Assembly (NCBI GenBank): GCA_020536535.1
Contig: JAHLWZ010000868.1
Span: forward strand, 3,106 to 67,105
Source of the DNA: Pelomyxa schiedti
Taxonomy: Eukaryota > Protista > Evosea
DNA length: 64,000 bases
Direction of reading: 5' to 3'
Of the stretch, positions 1 through 11,734 are shown one piece after another. Position numbers and translations under genes: made by a program. Positions within the stretch are counted from its first letter, which is position 1. Each line of letters starts with the position of its first letter. The notes beneath the pieces were generated by a model, which saw only the letters and a program-made list of their open reading frames with translations, was not told the DNA's origin and ran no database searches.

Positions 1-1895
1 TCTGCGTTATAGCTGATGCAGCAATGCTTTTAGAAAAGGTAAACAGAAAGAAATTGAACAGAGTTGATACCTGGCACAAAGTGAAGTTAACTCGGATAAA
101 AGATGCCTATGAGATGATGGAAGCTGACAAAGAACTTTACCGATGGCAAGGTTCCTGGCAGTACTCTCCTGGATGTTGAGTGCTGTTGTGAATTCAGCAG
201 TCATGGTTGTTGGCAGAAGGGGCTCTACAAGGAAAAAATGTGTTATTAGTTGTTTCTTTGTTTAAATAAGATTCAACCTGGTAAAGAACGAAGAAAAAGT
301 TTAAGAAGACCAGCCAACGAATGTGGGTTTGTGTTATCAGGAAGTGGTTTCCCTTTATCCAGGAGTTTGACACAGTTATCAATTTCAGCTTTGAGTCCTA
401 TAGCCAAGTGTCCAGTCAGTAACAAGAGAAAGAAAAAAGTTGTGGTGCCTGGAACTCTGAAAATTCCTTCTTCTTTGGTGCCAACCACCAATAACCTTTT
501 TATCATAGTTTTTATCTGGAATAACGTGGATGAGTACCTCCAAATTGAGTACAAAAGGTACCTGAAGAGGAATTTTACTATGTGACGCCACTTCCGCTGG
601 CCTCTTTACAAGTGTATCCAGAGATACCCCGAAAAGGCGGGTATGAGTTGTGCCAGGGCTGCCAAGTAACTGAGAAAAACTTGTGGTAAAAAAGGGAATG
701 TTACATGTAGCTGGCAAGGTGCTCACTCAGAGTTGCCACCCAAGTGTCTCCCTCCTCTTTATCAGCAGCCCGCAGAATATAACTGTCATGATTAAAATGG
801 GATGTTGGGCTCGACAAACTACCTTCGTACAGGCGTGTGGATTGCAAATGTGTTTGCATGTCCTACTTTCTTGCATATTGCTGGACCATGCTCTAAAAAG
901 CTATCAGTGTCAAGTGTGACCGCACCAAGAAGTTCTTTCTTTTGTGCACCTTAATATTTAGTGTGAGTAAAGGTAAAGAGCCTAGTGAAAATGAAAAATA
1001 CTTTCATAATATGACAGCGTTGAATTGTGCATGTCAAACCATCTCTTTTGCCAAGAAATGTTGCCCTTCTTCCCTTGTTTGTGTAGCCACCCTTCTTTCA
1101 TTAACACTGAATCGAAGGGAAGTAACGTGACTCTAAAAGGTGTTGAGACCAAAGAAAAGCATAAAAGAAAGATACTGCACAGCACAAGCGACATTGGGTT
1201 CAGATTCGATACGAGGGTGAATATCTACCCACGTTGAAAGTGGTGCTGTTAAGTGCAGAACTTCTTTCATGGAGATTGAAGTCATTCCAATGAGTAGATC
1301 TTGAGGACTTGTAGGGGTACCAACAGTTTGAGGGGTAGATGGAGTCGCAGGGGGGGTTTCTACAACAGAGGCAGAAGAGGCTGTTGTATTAGAGGGTGGG
1401 TTTGGTGTAATAGGAGATATTAAGGTTGCCAAAGGGGTAGGATTTTGTGGTGTGGGAGTTGCAGATGGGGGGTTCTCAGTGCTCATTGTGTACCAACACT
1501 CAAGAATAATTTCATCTGTTTCTTTCACACCTTCAAAGAGCAACTCCTCGTCCCTGCATAACAAGATGGAGAGGCGAAACGCGTGATTAAGGTCATTGAA
1601 GAGCAATTGTAATATCGAACCATGCAGGAATTTTGATATTCCGCGTAATACCAGTGAATCTATCGGCGAGTCTATGTCGTAACACAACGAAACACCCCAC
1701 GGGTGCACTTGGGGTGCAGGCACTCTCTTGGAAATCAAAACTTGTTAAAAAAAAAAAAAAAGAAAGAAAAGGGTGGCACTCACCCGTCGACGAAGAGGTA
1801 GCAGCAGAAGAAGAAGGCTGCGCAGGTCCATGACTGCCAGTGCTGAGAGCAGTTGTCCAGGAGACAGGTGGCGAAGGCAACCCAGCGGCGCACAT
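1..1895 (-). CDS. PH + RhoGAP domain protein (multi-exon; 3' end at or beyond the window edge)
   Basis: PH motif KEGWLHKQGKKGNISWQKRWF (982-1194 ORF). RhoGAP motifs LFGVSL..., EEGIFRVPG (arginine finger), PHSLAGLLKLFLRSLP and MTARNLAI-type segment. Putative ATG at 1895 followed by a GTGAG donor at 1783. Confidence 0.85.
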
Positions 1896-2288
1896 AACGA
1901 CAATGCGTAAACACCGATGCTTACGCTGGTAACCTCTCGTCTTCATCCCTAACGAAACAGCCACAAAAACAGTAAACCAAACTTAAGCAAGAAAAAGAAA
2001 AACGTGGGGGAGTACGGGAGGGGAAGGGGGGAGAAAAAAAAAAAAGCGGTGGTACCTCCTTATTTCTCAACAACAATCTGCGACCCCCACCGCAATAAAC
2101 GCACCGCACCGCACTGTCTTGTCACAAGTGACCCCAGTCGTTGCAACCACCTTGTTTTTTCTTTCTTTTTCGAAAAAACTTCTCACTCGCAGATCGCACA
2201 AAGGGGATTTTAAAACAACTTTTCGTGGCATCTCAAAAAAGGGCAGAAGTTTTTTTTTCCCTTTTTTTCTTGTGCGGCAGCAGATGGC

Positions 2289-4827
2289 TCAGGTGACTTG
2301 GGTGTTGTTTGTTTGACTGGAGGCTGCTATCCCTTCGTCTCTATCCATTACGGTTGTTGTGCCTGTTCGCGATTCTGATTGAGGTAGTGAGGGTTGTGGT
2401 TGTGCTTCTGAGGTTTCTGCCTGTGGTTGTGGCTGTGATTGTGATTGTGATTGTGTTTCTGAGGATTGTGTCAGTTGTGGCTGTGGTTGTGACTGCGGCT
2501 GTGGGCTGACATCATTGTTGGTGGAGGTGGTGGTGGGTTGTCGTGTTGTTGTGTTGGTTTCTGGGAAAGCACTTGGTGCCTCCATGGGGATGTCTGCGGG
2601 AGCACTGTGTGGATCTTGAGGTTGGGCTTGTGGCGAAACTGCTGAGTTTGATGATGGGGTTGCGGTTGTAGTGGATGTAGATGTTGGTGTTGTTGTTGGT
2701 GATGTTGTTTCTGTTGGGTCTTGTTTGGTTTTTTTGGGTGTCATGCGCCACTTGTTTTTTGCCTTCATGTTGGCAACAGCCATCCTTACATCCTTATGGT
2801 CTTTGAGTGTAAAGTATAAGAGAGTTGGTAGAACTTACAGTATCCCAGCCTCCAGTGGTGAGATTGTACATTGGGAATTCTTGCTCCAGCCTCCCCTGTT
2901 CAGAGTCTCTTACTTGAGTTAGGTACTCCTTGGAAAGTCGAAGTACTTGCTGGGATTTATTTGAGTGGTGACAGCAAGTCAGTTTTGTTGGAAACTACCT
3001 CACGCCCCATTCTCGACAGTACAGCGGTAAGCTGTTTGTACACGGTATTGAGCATTAAAACATCTTGGCTGGCATACTGAATTCTGATTAATAGTTCCTC
3101 TCGCAAATGGACGAAAGTACCATTAATGCCAATTGGTCAATTGGTCGTTTCAACCAAAAGTTCTCATCTTTGTCCATTTGCTCGCGAACAGCTTCTTTTG
3201 TTTCATGTTGTAAGCCTTTTCCATACTTCCTTGGTTCTGTAAATATTCGCGTTTCTTTTTGAGAAAATACCTCAGGAGTGTTGTTAAGCTGACAGGAATT
3301 GGTGTAGAGTTACCAAGTTGCCTCTCTGTTTTTTTTTTTCCCCTTAAAACAATCACAAAAAAGTGCCTGAAGTATTACCAATTACAGCATATGCTATCTG
3401 AGTGTCCCACACATTTTGCAGTGTCACCCCGCAATTGTGAAACAAGGCATCACTTTTTTTTTGGTTGGTTGTTGTTTGTATTCAAGTGTAATACCTATCG
3501 CTGCGGCAGTCGTGAAATATTTTCAGTATTTCCTTTGATTCCAGTATGTCTTGAAGACCAGAACTAAACATTCCCGTGGCAATTTCTTTGTTTGCGACAT
3601 CAAACAAAAAAGCTTGCTGAGAAGTGTTGAATACATAACTTAGTTTGGAAGAAATAATACCTGATTGGGTGTTGCCACCTGAATAAGACATGTTATTCCC
3701 TTTCTGCCAAGATTGACACCCTCACAGTCCACTCCAATAATTTTGTGCCTGGGAAATTTTAGTACGAAGTCAATTTGGAGAGGGGTGTGATACTTCTTAA
3801 TTTCCGTTGTTGCCAATCGGCATTGTTCAACAGTCTCTATCAGTGCAAAGACATCTTCGACCGGAGCAGCTGAAATAACAGCTGTGCTTGGCCCACGCAC
3901 AGCAACTGTTGAAGGTTTAAGGGAGGTTGATGAGGTTGAGTTGGTTTGGGTTTGTGAACAGTGAAGAGGTGCAAGTGATTCAAATAGCCTGGGGCGTTTG
4001 GGTGTAGGTTCGGCAGCGGCGAGTGTAGAGTCGTTATTTTGTTTCGGTGTAGTGTGTTTCAATGCTGGGTTGGGGCTACGTGCATTACCAAATGCCATAG
4101 TGGAATTCCCGCCTGGCGTGACTGGCTTTGGCGCAGTCGACCTGGCCACGGATGCATATGTTTTTGCGTTTGCGTTTGCGTTCGCGATTGATGTGTGTGT
4201 ATTTGTGTGCGTGTTTGTGTTTGCGTTTGTGTTAGCGTTTGCGTTTGTGATTGTGGCAGCGGCCCCTTTACTCACAGAACAGGCAGCCGCCGTCGACGTT
4301 GACGCAGGCAGCTTCTTCGTCGCTGCGGCCGAGGTGGGTTTGGCAGTGCTGGAATGGTTGATCCCCAGAGGAGAGCCGTCGTTTCGCTTGGGCGCGGAGT
4401 TGCCTGACTTGGGCGAGGCAGTGGCGCCGGGCGCGGACTTGGTGCCCACCGCGGCCGTGGGCTTCCCACAATTTGGGTTCGCCCGGCCGGCGTTGCCACC
4501 GCTGGCGCCACCACTGCTCCCTTTGCTTTTGAGTGACGGGGATTGGGGCTTGTTCTTTTTCGTCTTCGCCTTTGCCCCTTCGCACAACGGTTTTTTCTTC
4601 GCGAGCCCGTCACCACCACCCCCCTCTTTCTTTTTCGGCGGCGGCGCTGTAGTTTTGGTAGTAGTGGCAGTTGCTGTCGTAGTAGCAGGAGACGGCGAGG
4701 GAGCCTCGTTCGACGGGGGCGAGGGCGGCCCCGAAGGCAGGCTCAAGGGGCGTGGGATGGGGCGCTTGGCGTTGAGCGGCACTGCAACCGACTTGGCATC
4801 GACAAGCCGGCTGGTGTCGTCTTGCAT
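2289..4827 (-). CDS. EXD1/Egalitarian-like DEDDy 3'-5' exonuclease with long low-complexity termini
   Basis: Spliced exons give ExoI IGVDCEG, LIQVAT..AFLFD, ExoII KIFHDCRSD, VWDTQ, W..RP and ExoIII YASQDV. ATG (MQDD) at 4827. Gln/Thr/Pro-rich tail ends at 2289. Confidence 0.85.
4162..4248. repeat. Degenerate hexamer tandem repeat (TTTGCG/TTTGTG) encoding ANANTN... in the exonuclease N-terminus
   Basis: Directly visible tandem units. Confidence 0.7.
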
Positions 4828-4940
4828 TGCGGTGAAATTCGAGGAGAAAGAAAAGAAAAAAGAAAAAAAGGGGTTCACTTTTTTTTTTTTAAATAAGAAA
4901 CGACAGTCAAAGGGAGTGCGGATTTGGCAGGCATTTAGCT

Positions 4941-5550
4941 CTAAGAGCAGTAGCAAATGTCCCAGTGGTTGGACTCGTTGTAGTAGATGTTTCCGGCCTT
5001 GGACTCCCAGTGTGTAGAGTCAACCTTGGTGAAAGAGGACGTGATGTAGTTTGTAATGCAAGAGGTGTAGCTGATATCTAGCTTGTAGCCGTTCCAGTGC
5101 GAGAATGTGCCGGAGGCGTGGCCAGTCTGTACTCGCGAGTTAGGAAACAAAAGATCAGTTCAGAAGGGAGTTCGCACCTCTGTTCCACCAGTGATGGTAA
5201 TGGCACAACCAGAGGAACTCTTCAGGGTAATGATATCATCCTGTGTGCATTTGTTCACCTGTTCCAGAGAGGTACACGTCGACTTGTACCTGGACGTGTT
5301 GTTTATTTCTTGTACTCGAAAAATTACGGAAACGCAAATTAAAAAAAAAAGGGTTCGTGTCATGAATTGTTGAAGGGAAAAACCTGTCGGTGCAACCGCC
5401 AGAGGAAGAAATAGAAATGCCAGCGCCGGTGATCTTAGTCCTTGCTTGGCTGTCGGTGAGTTTCGTCTGACCACACGTCTGCGAGGAGCATGTCTGTCCC
5501 ACAACCGCGGCAACGCACAAGCAAACAACAAGCAAAACGGGTGCTCTCAT
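4941..5550 (-). CDS. Small secreted Cys-rich protein, Hedgehog/DD-peptidase (M15-like) Zn-binding fold, 2 introns
   Basis: Signal peptide MRAPVLLVVCLCVAAVVG. Spliced product contains SSSGGCTDR..CTSLEQ..ITGGTETGHASGTFSHWNGYKLD...ESNHWD, an H-x6-D ... HxD metal-ligand pattern. Confidence 0.75.
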
Positions 5551-5688
5551 CTCTGTTTGTGTTTTTTTTTGTGTTCTGATTTTCGTTCGTGGGTGTTGGG
5601 CACAGTTTTCCGATTTGTGCAGTGCATATTTTTAGGTCACAACGTGCAGCAGTTGTGCACAGAAAACTCGGTGACGGGTTCAGGGTAA

Positions 5689-7533
5689 TCACAACCAAGG
5701 AAAGGGCTCGTCGGTTTCGGCTCGTGTTGCCAGAGGGTGCAGCCCAGTAGTGCTTTCTACAAACCAAACGGCGTCGTATCTAGTGAATGTAAATCAATGT
5801 AAGGCCACAACGAGTCCTGACTTCGCAACTATGGGAAGCCAACCTTTGGGCTAAGTTTGTGGGCACGTAGTTGGAACTGGGTTCTTTTTCTGGCTAGAAA
5901 CGAACTGCATGAATACAAGTTGCAAATGTTGTTGGATTGTACCTTGTATACAACGCCTATTGCCCGCTGCATTTTCACAGTATCGAAACCTGGGTTGCCC
6001 TTCATGATGTGAATTCTATCGGTACCTCCTGTTCGTAATTCCGAGTCCCCTTTGTATTTGTTTAAAAAAAGGCTGAAATTAATGCTTAAGTAATACATGA
6101 GCCAAATGCTGCCGGTGGAACCTTCATTTCTTTTGTTTCGTCTCCCCACTTGCGTGATGCCATTACCTTTCAATTATTATACATTGCCGTTGTTAAGTTG
6201 ACTGTGTTGAGCTACTTTACCTGTCCTTTGTAAGTTGAAAAGCCTATGAGGTACACTGAAGTTTTTGAGTATACTTCACGCAATAACTGGCCAATATTTA
6301 CCATCCCTTGAGGTAATTTTACCAACACTACCAAGGCACTACAATATACCACACTTAGCCATGTCAGTTGCACGGGCATCGCCTTATTCATTGAGTTAAG
6401 AATGGAGTACGGGTAAAGGACTGCACACCAACATGAGTATTGTGTGCCCAAATGATTCCCTTCGATTTGGGATGAACATGTAAGAGCCTTTGCCAATGTT
6501 AGTTCTTAAAACTAATCAGTACTTACTGGCTGACAGTTTCAATCATGTGTCTATCTCGAATATTCCAGGATTCAGGCCCACCTACGGGATTTGAGTTGCA
6601 ATAACGTGTATTTCTTTGATACCAAACAGTTGTTGTCGGTAATATCTCTCCGCATTTGCTGCCACCAGGCAATTTTGTACCACATTTAGTGCCTCATCTT
6701 TGTCACCATACATGTGAGCGTTTGCCAGCATCTGAGACAGCAATTCCAAAACAGGTTTTTCACATGACTGGGGAATGAAAGGAGCAATAGAGGAATAACA
6801 GCTTGTATTTCCGAAATTCTATTCCAATGTTAGGATCTAATTGACTGTGTAACAGCATTCCGAAAAACATTTCATGGCCTTCTTAGCAATCGGCACGGAT
6901 TGAGGGTCATGCTTCTTGAGGTAATCAAAGGTAACTTGTAGAGACTGCCCAAGGCTGCCAAAAGTGAACAATAACATACTATATTCCAATGTAAAACCTG
7001 TAAACATCAAGTCCGTAAAATCCAATAGGCTGCCTTGTGCTCCCACTGTTAAAGTGCTTCAGCCATTCAACAAATTCTGCAACTTCTTCATTCGCCCACA
7101 TCCAAGTTGGCCATCTATGGAACTGTGATAAGACCTCTTTTGCCAAGCCATTCTCTTCCCCCTTGACAAAACTTATGTATGTTAGGGAGCTAAAAGAATT
7201 CGGCACTGATACCAGTTGATTTTGTAACAATCAGGCCAATCACCTTCCACAGCCACCCAATCAAACTCCTTTTCTAGAATCAGGCGCTTTGTCAATGCTA
7301 TTCTCTTCCTTTATTTACCATTGTTGATCTCACACCATTTAGGAAAAGAGGTTGAGAGGATACATGTAAAATTCGGAAGTTCCATGTGTCGCCTCACCAA
7401 TACACACCAACCTTACATCACTCCCAACTTCATCCAACAACACATCCATAGTTCCCATCTAAATTGTTTCAAAAAAACAAAAAACCACATGATTGAGCCA
7501 ATACACGTGACTATTGTGCAAAACAGTAGCCAT
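5689..7533 (-). CDS. Erythromycin esterase (Ere/ChaN-superfamily) family protein, about a dozen introns
   Basis: Motifs IGEATHGTSEFY, VAVEGDWPD, FHRWPTWMWANEEV, GFYGLDVY, NAERYYR, SWNIRDRHM, IIWAHNTHVG, NIGQLLRE, RAIGVVY and YDAVWF. Confidence 0.9.
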
Positions 7534-7738
7534 TGAACAGTCACAGGATTGAGCATGATTATTAATAATATTAATCTGTTTGGAGTCGAAACGATCGTGA
7601 GGCGGATCGACACCAGCAGTGTTCGGCTCAGACCTCCTGAAGAAACACCCCCAAACGTAAGGAACACTTCCAGAGGGGTTGTTCTCGTTAATCATCAGCC
7701 TTCGCAGAAGCCATTCGAATTCCCGTTGATTCTCGAAA

Positions 7739-9139
7739 ATGCGCAGCTTCGCTGTCCTGGTGTGTGTTGTCGTAGCCACGGCCGGGGTTGTTCTGTGCGA
7801 GCCAATCGTGACAGCAGATCTCGTGGCGAGCATAAACGCGTCGCCCAAGGCGCTGTGGCGCGCGTCGGCGGCGTCGCGGGTGGCGAGGATGGAGCGCAGC
7901 GACGCGGCGAGGCTGTGCGGAACCAAGTTGGAGGCGGCCGGGGGTACGCTTAGGGCGAGGCAGTACGGCGGGATTGTGGGACTGCCAGAGTCGTTTGATT
8001 CCAGGAAGCAGTGGCCCATGTGTGACTCGATGAACGACATTTGGGATCAATCGGATTGTGGTCTGTAACTTTTCTTTTTTTTTTTTTTTTTTTTTTTGTT
8101 TTTTGTTTTTTGTTTTGTTTTTTTAATAGGCACTGTACTACAACATTTTCTCTTAACAAACCTCACTTGTTTGCATAACAGGAAGCTGTTGGGTTTGTAT
8201 CCTACCACCACACTGGTTTTCTTTTCATCCTCCCTTTTTTTAGGCTTTTGGGGCTGCTGAAACCATGTCAGATCGCGAGTGCATTGCTCGGGGCTATGTG
8301 TGCTGCTAATAGAAGTTTCACTTTAGCCTCACTTGGCAAATTAGGATCTCGTTTTGTCGGCTGAAGATATTAATTCGTGCTTCACTACGTGTGGAAGTTG
8401 CAGTGGTGGCTACGTTTCTTGTGCCTGGGCCGATTGGCTTACATTAGGTGTTGTAACTCAGAGTTGCATGCCATATAGCATTCCTCGTGAGTACAACGTA
8501 AACGTTCCAAATTCTTATTAAGCCCAACAAAAGCATGTTCAAATGATGAGAATTCCTCAAACCCTTGCCCAGAGGATCTGTACCCTACTCCCCCGTGCGA
8601 ATCGCAGTGTGTTGATGGAACAGAACCCGTTCCATATCTTGGCAAAGATGCCTGGTCAGTATTTGGAGAATCGAGTATGTTTCTGCGTAATTGCACTCGC
8701 GTAACCGGTTCAAGACTACTTGGCTGAGATATACAATAACGGACCTTGTGAACCAACATTCACAGGTCCGCTGTCAATCAATTGTTTGTCTATTACGCTA
8801 ACGTACCAATAGTTTATGAAGATTTCTATTCTTATACTGGAGGTATATACCATCACATAACAGGCAGCGCCGTGGGAGGGCATGCCGTCAAGTTTATTGG
8901 CTGGGGAATCGAAAATGGAACCAAGTAAGCCTAAGGTACATGGTTTCCCTGACTCATTTCGCTAGGTTCTGGACAGCAGCAAACTCTTGGGGAGTGTAAG
9001 TTCTTCCACCTCACCCATCCAATTAACTAACACGGCCGGAATTAGGGACTGGGGAGAAAATGGCTTCTTCCGAATACTCCGTGGTACCAATGAATGTGGA
9101 ATAGAATCGGGTTGTTTTGGAGGCAACCCCGTAGTTTGA
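7739..9139 (+). CDS. CTSB: Cathepsin B-like papain-family (C1A) cysteine protease
   Basis: Signal peptide, [25 protein letters not shown] (spliced), [16 protein letters not shown] and [21 protein letters not shown]. Confidence 0.95.
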
Positions 9140-9218
9140 GTTTTGCCAAAACAAACAAGTTGTGTCAAAACATTTGGATTTATTTTTATTTTTTTTTTCC
9201 TTTACCCCAAACTTCTTC

Positions 9219-9420
9219 GTGTCCATCCTTTTCCCTTGGGACTCTGAACAGGAATTCTGGGACGAAAGCTGTGGCCTGAGACTGGCCAAGCAGTTGAGGA
9301 TCTCAGCCTCCGGCCCGCGGTTACAGGTTGATAAGGTTGTCCCAACACAACTGCACAATTCCCAGGGGAAACCCCTCAGTGGTTAGGCACAAAAACGGCC
9401 CTCGCACTGGACCGTTTTTT
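9219..9420 (+). ncRNA. Candidate structured non-coding RNA, family unidentified
   Basis: GC-rich intergenic island with five nested complementary stems. The G.U pairs form only on the + strand. It is followed by a hairpin and a T6 run. Confidence 0.45.
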
Positions 9421-9657
9421 AAAAGAAAAAAGTCCAGGGCATTACTGCCAGTACAAATATAGGCGTTTTCTCATCAAATGAATGTCAATTGATGTCCGTT
9501 TTTTCTACGGAATTTACCTGCAGAACAGTGATTTGCCGGCGCGGGTCTCATCTTGGAAGCAATCAAAAGGCTGAAATAAACGTTTTCAGAACAAACAAAA
9601 AAACAAAAAAAAAACAAAGAAACATCTTCTGTCTGTGTTGTTGTTGTTACGACTACA

Positions 9658-11642
9658 ATGGATTCAAAGGAGGACGGCACTAATATAACGACAACGGAGG
9701 AGATCTCCGCTGTTACCGTTAGCGTCAGCGTGAATGTAGACAGTGGGGGGGGAGGGGGCAAAGATACACCTCCACAAAAAGGTGAGAAAGAGTACAAAAC
9801 GTACAAACGGAGGTGGGTGATGCTGGTTGCTTTTTGTCAATTGAGAGCATTGCACGAGGTTGCCTGGATCTCGTTTGCCCCAAGTATGTTTCTGGCCCGT
9901 GCTCCGTTGTTGAAACTAACGTGCTCCTCAGTTTCCTCGATTGTCAGTGTATTATTTGGTGTGAGTATCTCGGCTGTGAACACTCTGAGTACCGTGTACA
10001 TGCTCACCTACATCATACTATCGCCATTGTCCGCTGTGATGATTTCTCAGTGGGGATTGCGCCCGGCCCTCTGCCTCAGTGCTGTGCTCACCGCGTTGGG
10101 CGGAGCCTTACGTTACGCTGGGGCACTTTGCTCCCAGTTTTGGGTTCTCTGGGGAGGTCAGTTGTTGATGAGCTGTGGGCAGCTCTTTACCTTGCAATCA
10201 TCAACTTCTTTGAGCGCTTGCTGGTTCGGCTCTAGTGAAAGGACAAAGAGCACTACTATTGCGTATAGCTCCCAGCCTTCGTAGTCAATGAACTAACAAC
10301 ACTTTCAGATATCTGAGTGGAGTCGTAGGTAATCTTGTGGCATTCTTAGTTGGTCCTGTGATAGTGGGAGATTCAGGTGAAAATTTTTCAGTAAGCAATC
10401 AAACCTCCTTGATGAAACTAATTGTTGGTTGAAAGTGGTGGATGTTGTCACAAGGCATTCTTTGTATCTGCGCTGCTCTATTCACTATTGTGCTCTTCAA
10501 GGCTCGACCCCCGTCACCACCTTCGGCGGTTTCGGATCTCCTTTTCTTTAGTTTACAAGTGCGCTATTCATTGAAATGGCTTTTACCTAATTCCACAAGA
10601 TCGAACCTCAAGAAACAGCCAAGAAATGCCTACAGGTTCCTTCAAAGGCCGACATAAAGATGGCGGCACTCACTGTACTGTCCTTGGCGTGGAAGCTTGG
10701 TACAAATTTAGGCTTTGTGTCTTGCCTTACAGCTTTCGGTCTGGTTACTGGAATGTATGTAGACAATACAGCCCTATTGGATTTTTAACTCTTAAAAAGA
10801 TCCTGGACCGTAATGACAGTATTAGAACAAATAGTAAAAGCTGAAGGGTACTACGTACTTTGGTCTGTGTTTTCTCATATTTGTAGATATACAAGCTTCC
10901 AAAGTGGAGTGATGGGATCTGTATTGGTTGCATCTGGAGTTATTGCAAGTACATAAGTTCCATTGTTTTCCGCATGTTCCTTATGCTGAGTATTCAGGCT
11001 TCATTGCAAGTCCAATTGTAGATAGATTGAGGTGCTACAAGTTCGCTATGATAATGTGTTCCATTATTTCGCTTCTTCCACTACTTTTCTGTACTTGTTT
11101 TCTCAACTCAGTAAACTACGCCACTCTTATTGTGGTATGTCTTGTACTTGTCACAAATGGTGTTTTACTGATTCTGATCAAGTTATGCGGTGTTATGGGA
11201 GTTGGAATGACTGCCATTGGACCTCTAGGATTGGTAACCATTTTTTTGACAAAGACACCCTCCATGCTGCTTAAGATACCATAGTAAAATAGGAAACGGC
11301 TATTGAAGTGACATTCCCCATTTCGGAAGCTGTGACCTCCGTAGCTCTAATGTTTTGTGCCGAAGGCATCTCATTTGCTTTTGTATTTATAGCCACTCCA
11401 ATGGAGGTAATCCTTTTCCGCCTAGATACATGCACTCATTCTGAAACAGGATCCTTCAAGTGGAATGAGAAATTTTCTTGTTTGCTTCCATAACTATCAT
11501 CTGCCTAAGTTAATGCTTCTAGATTTTTTTGGATGTATTTTTACTAGTTGGGCTTCTAGCTTGCATCGCCATGCCTGCAAATTACAAGCGCCTTAAATAT
11601 GAGCAAGAAGTACTAACTCACAACCCACTGAGCACACCCTAA
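9658..11642 (+). CDS. MFS transporter, FLVCR/SLC49-like
   Basis: YKTYKRRW, WISFAP, GLR..., GQL..CGQ, WFGSSERTKST, PPSPPS, TFPISEA and C-terminal YKRL. Many hydrophobic helices. Confidence 0.9.
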
Positions 11643-11734
11643 AAACAAAACAAAAAAGCTCAAGCCATAAATCATTGAGACTCACCTTTTTTTTTTTCCC
11701 ACAACATAGGTTCCCACCCCATTGACCCGCATAA

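Noticed and set aside
3998-5017. 339-aa hydrophobic + strand ORF (also 24991-25779, 25104-25841, 27098-27910, 50448-51386, 57157-57747)
   Set aside because: These are antisense or alternative-frame shadows of GC-rich, low-complexity real exons, with no domain motifs.
7309-7363. U12-type intron in the esterase gene (donor GTATCCTC)
   Set aside because: It is an imperfect match to GTATCCTT, has no well-placed TCCTTAAC branch site, and donors in this genome are highly degenerate.
9244-9345. Hammerhead ribozyme reading of the 9.2-kb element (stem-C-GAAA-stem-UUA)
   Set aside because: The required CUGANGA core is not present immediately before the stem II partner GTCCCA.
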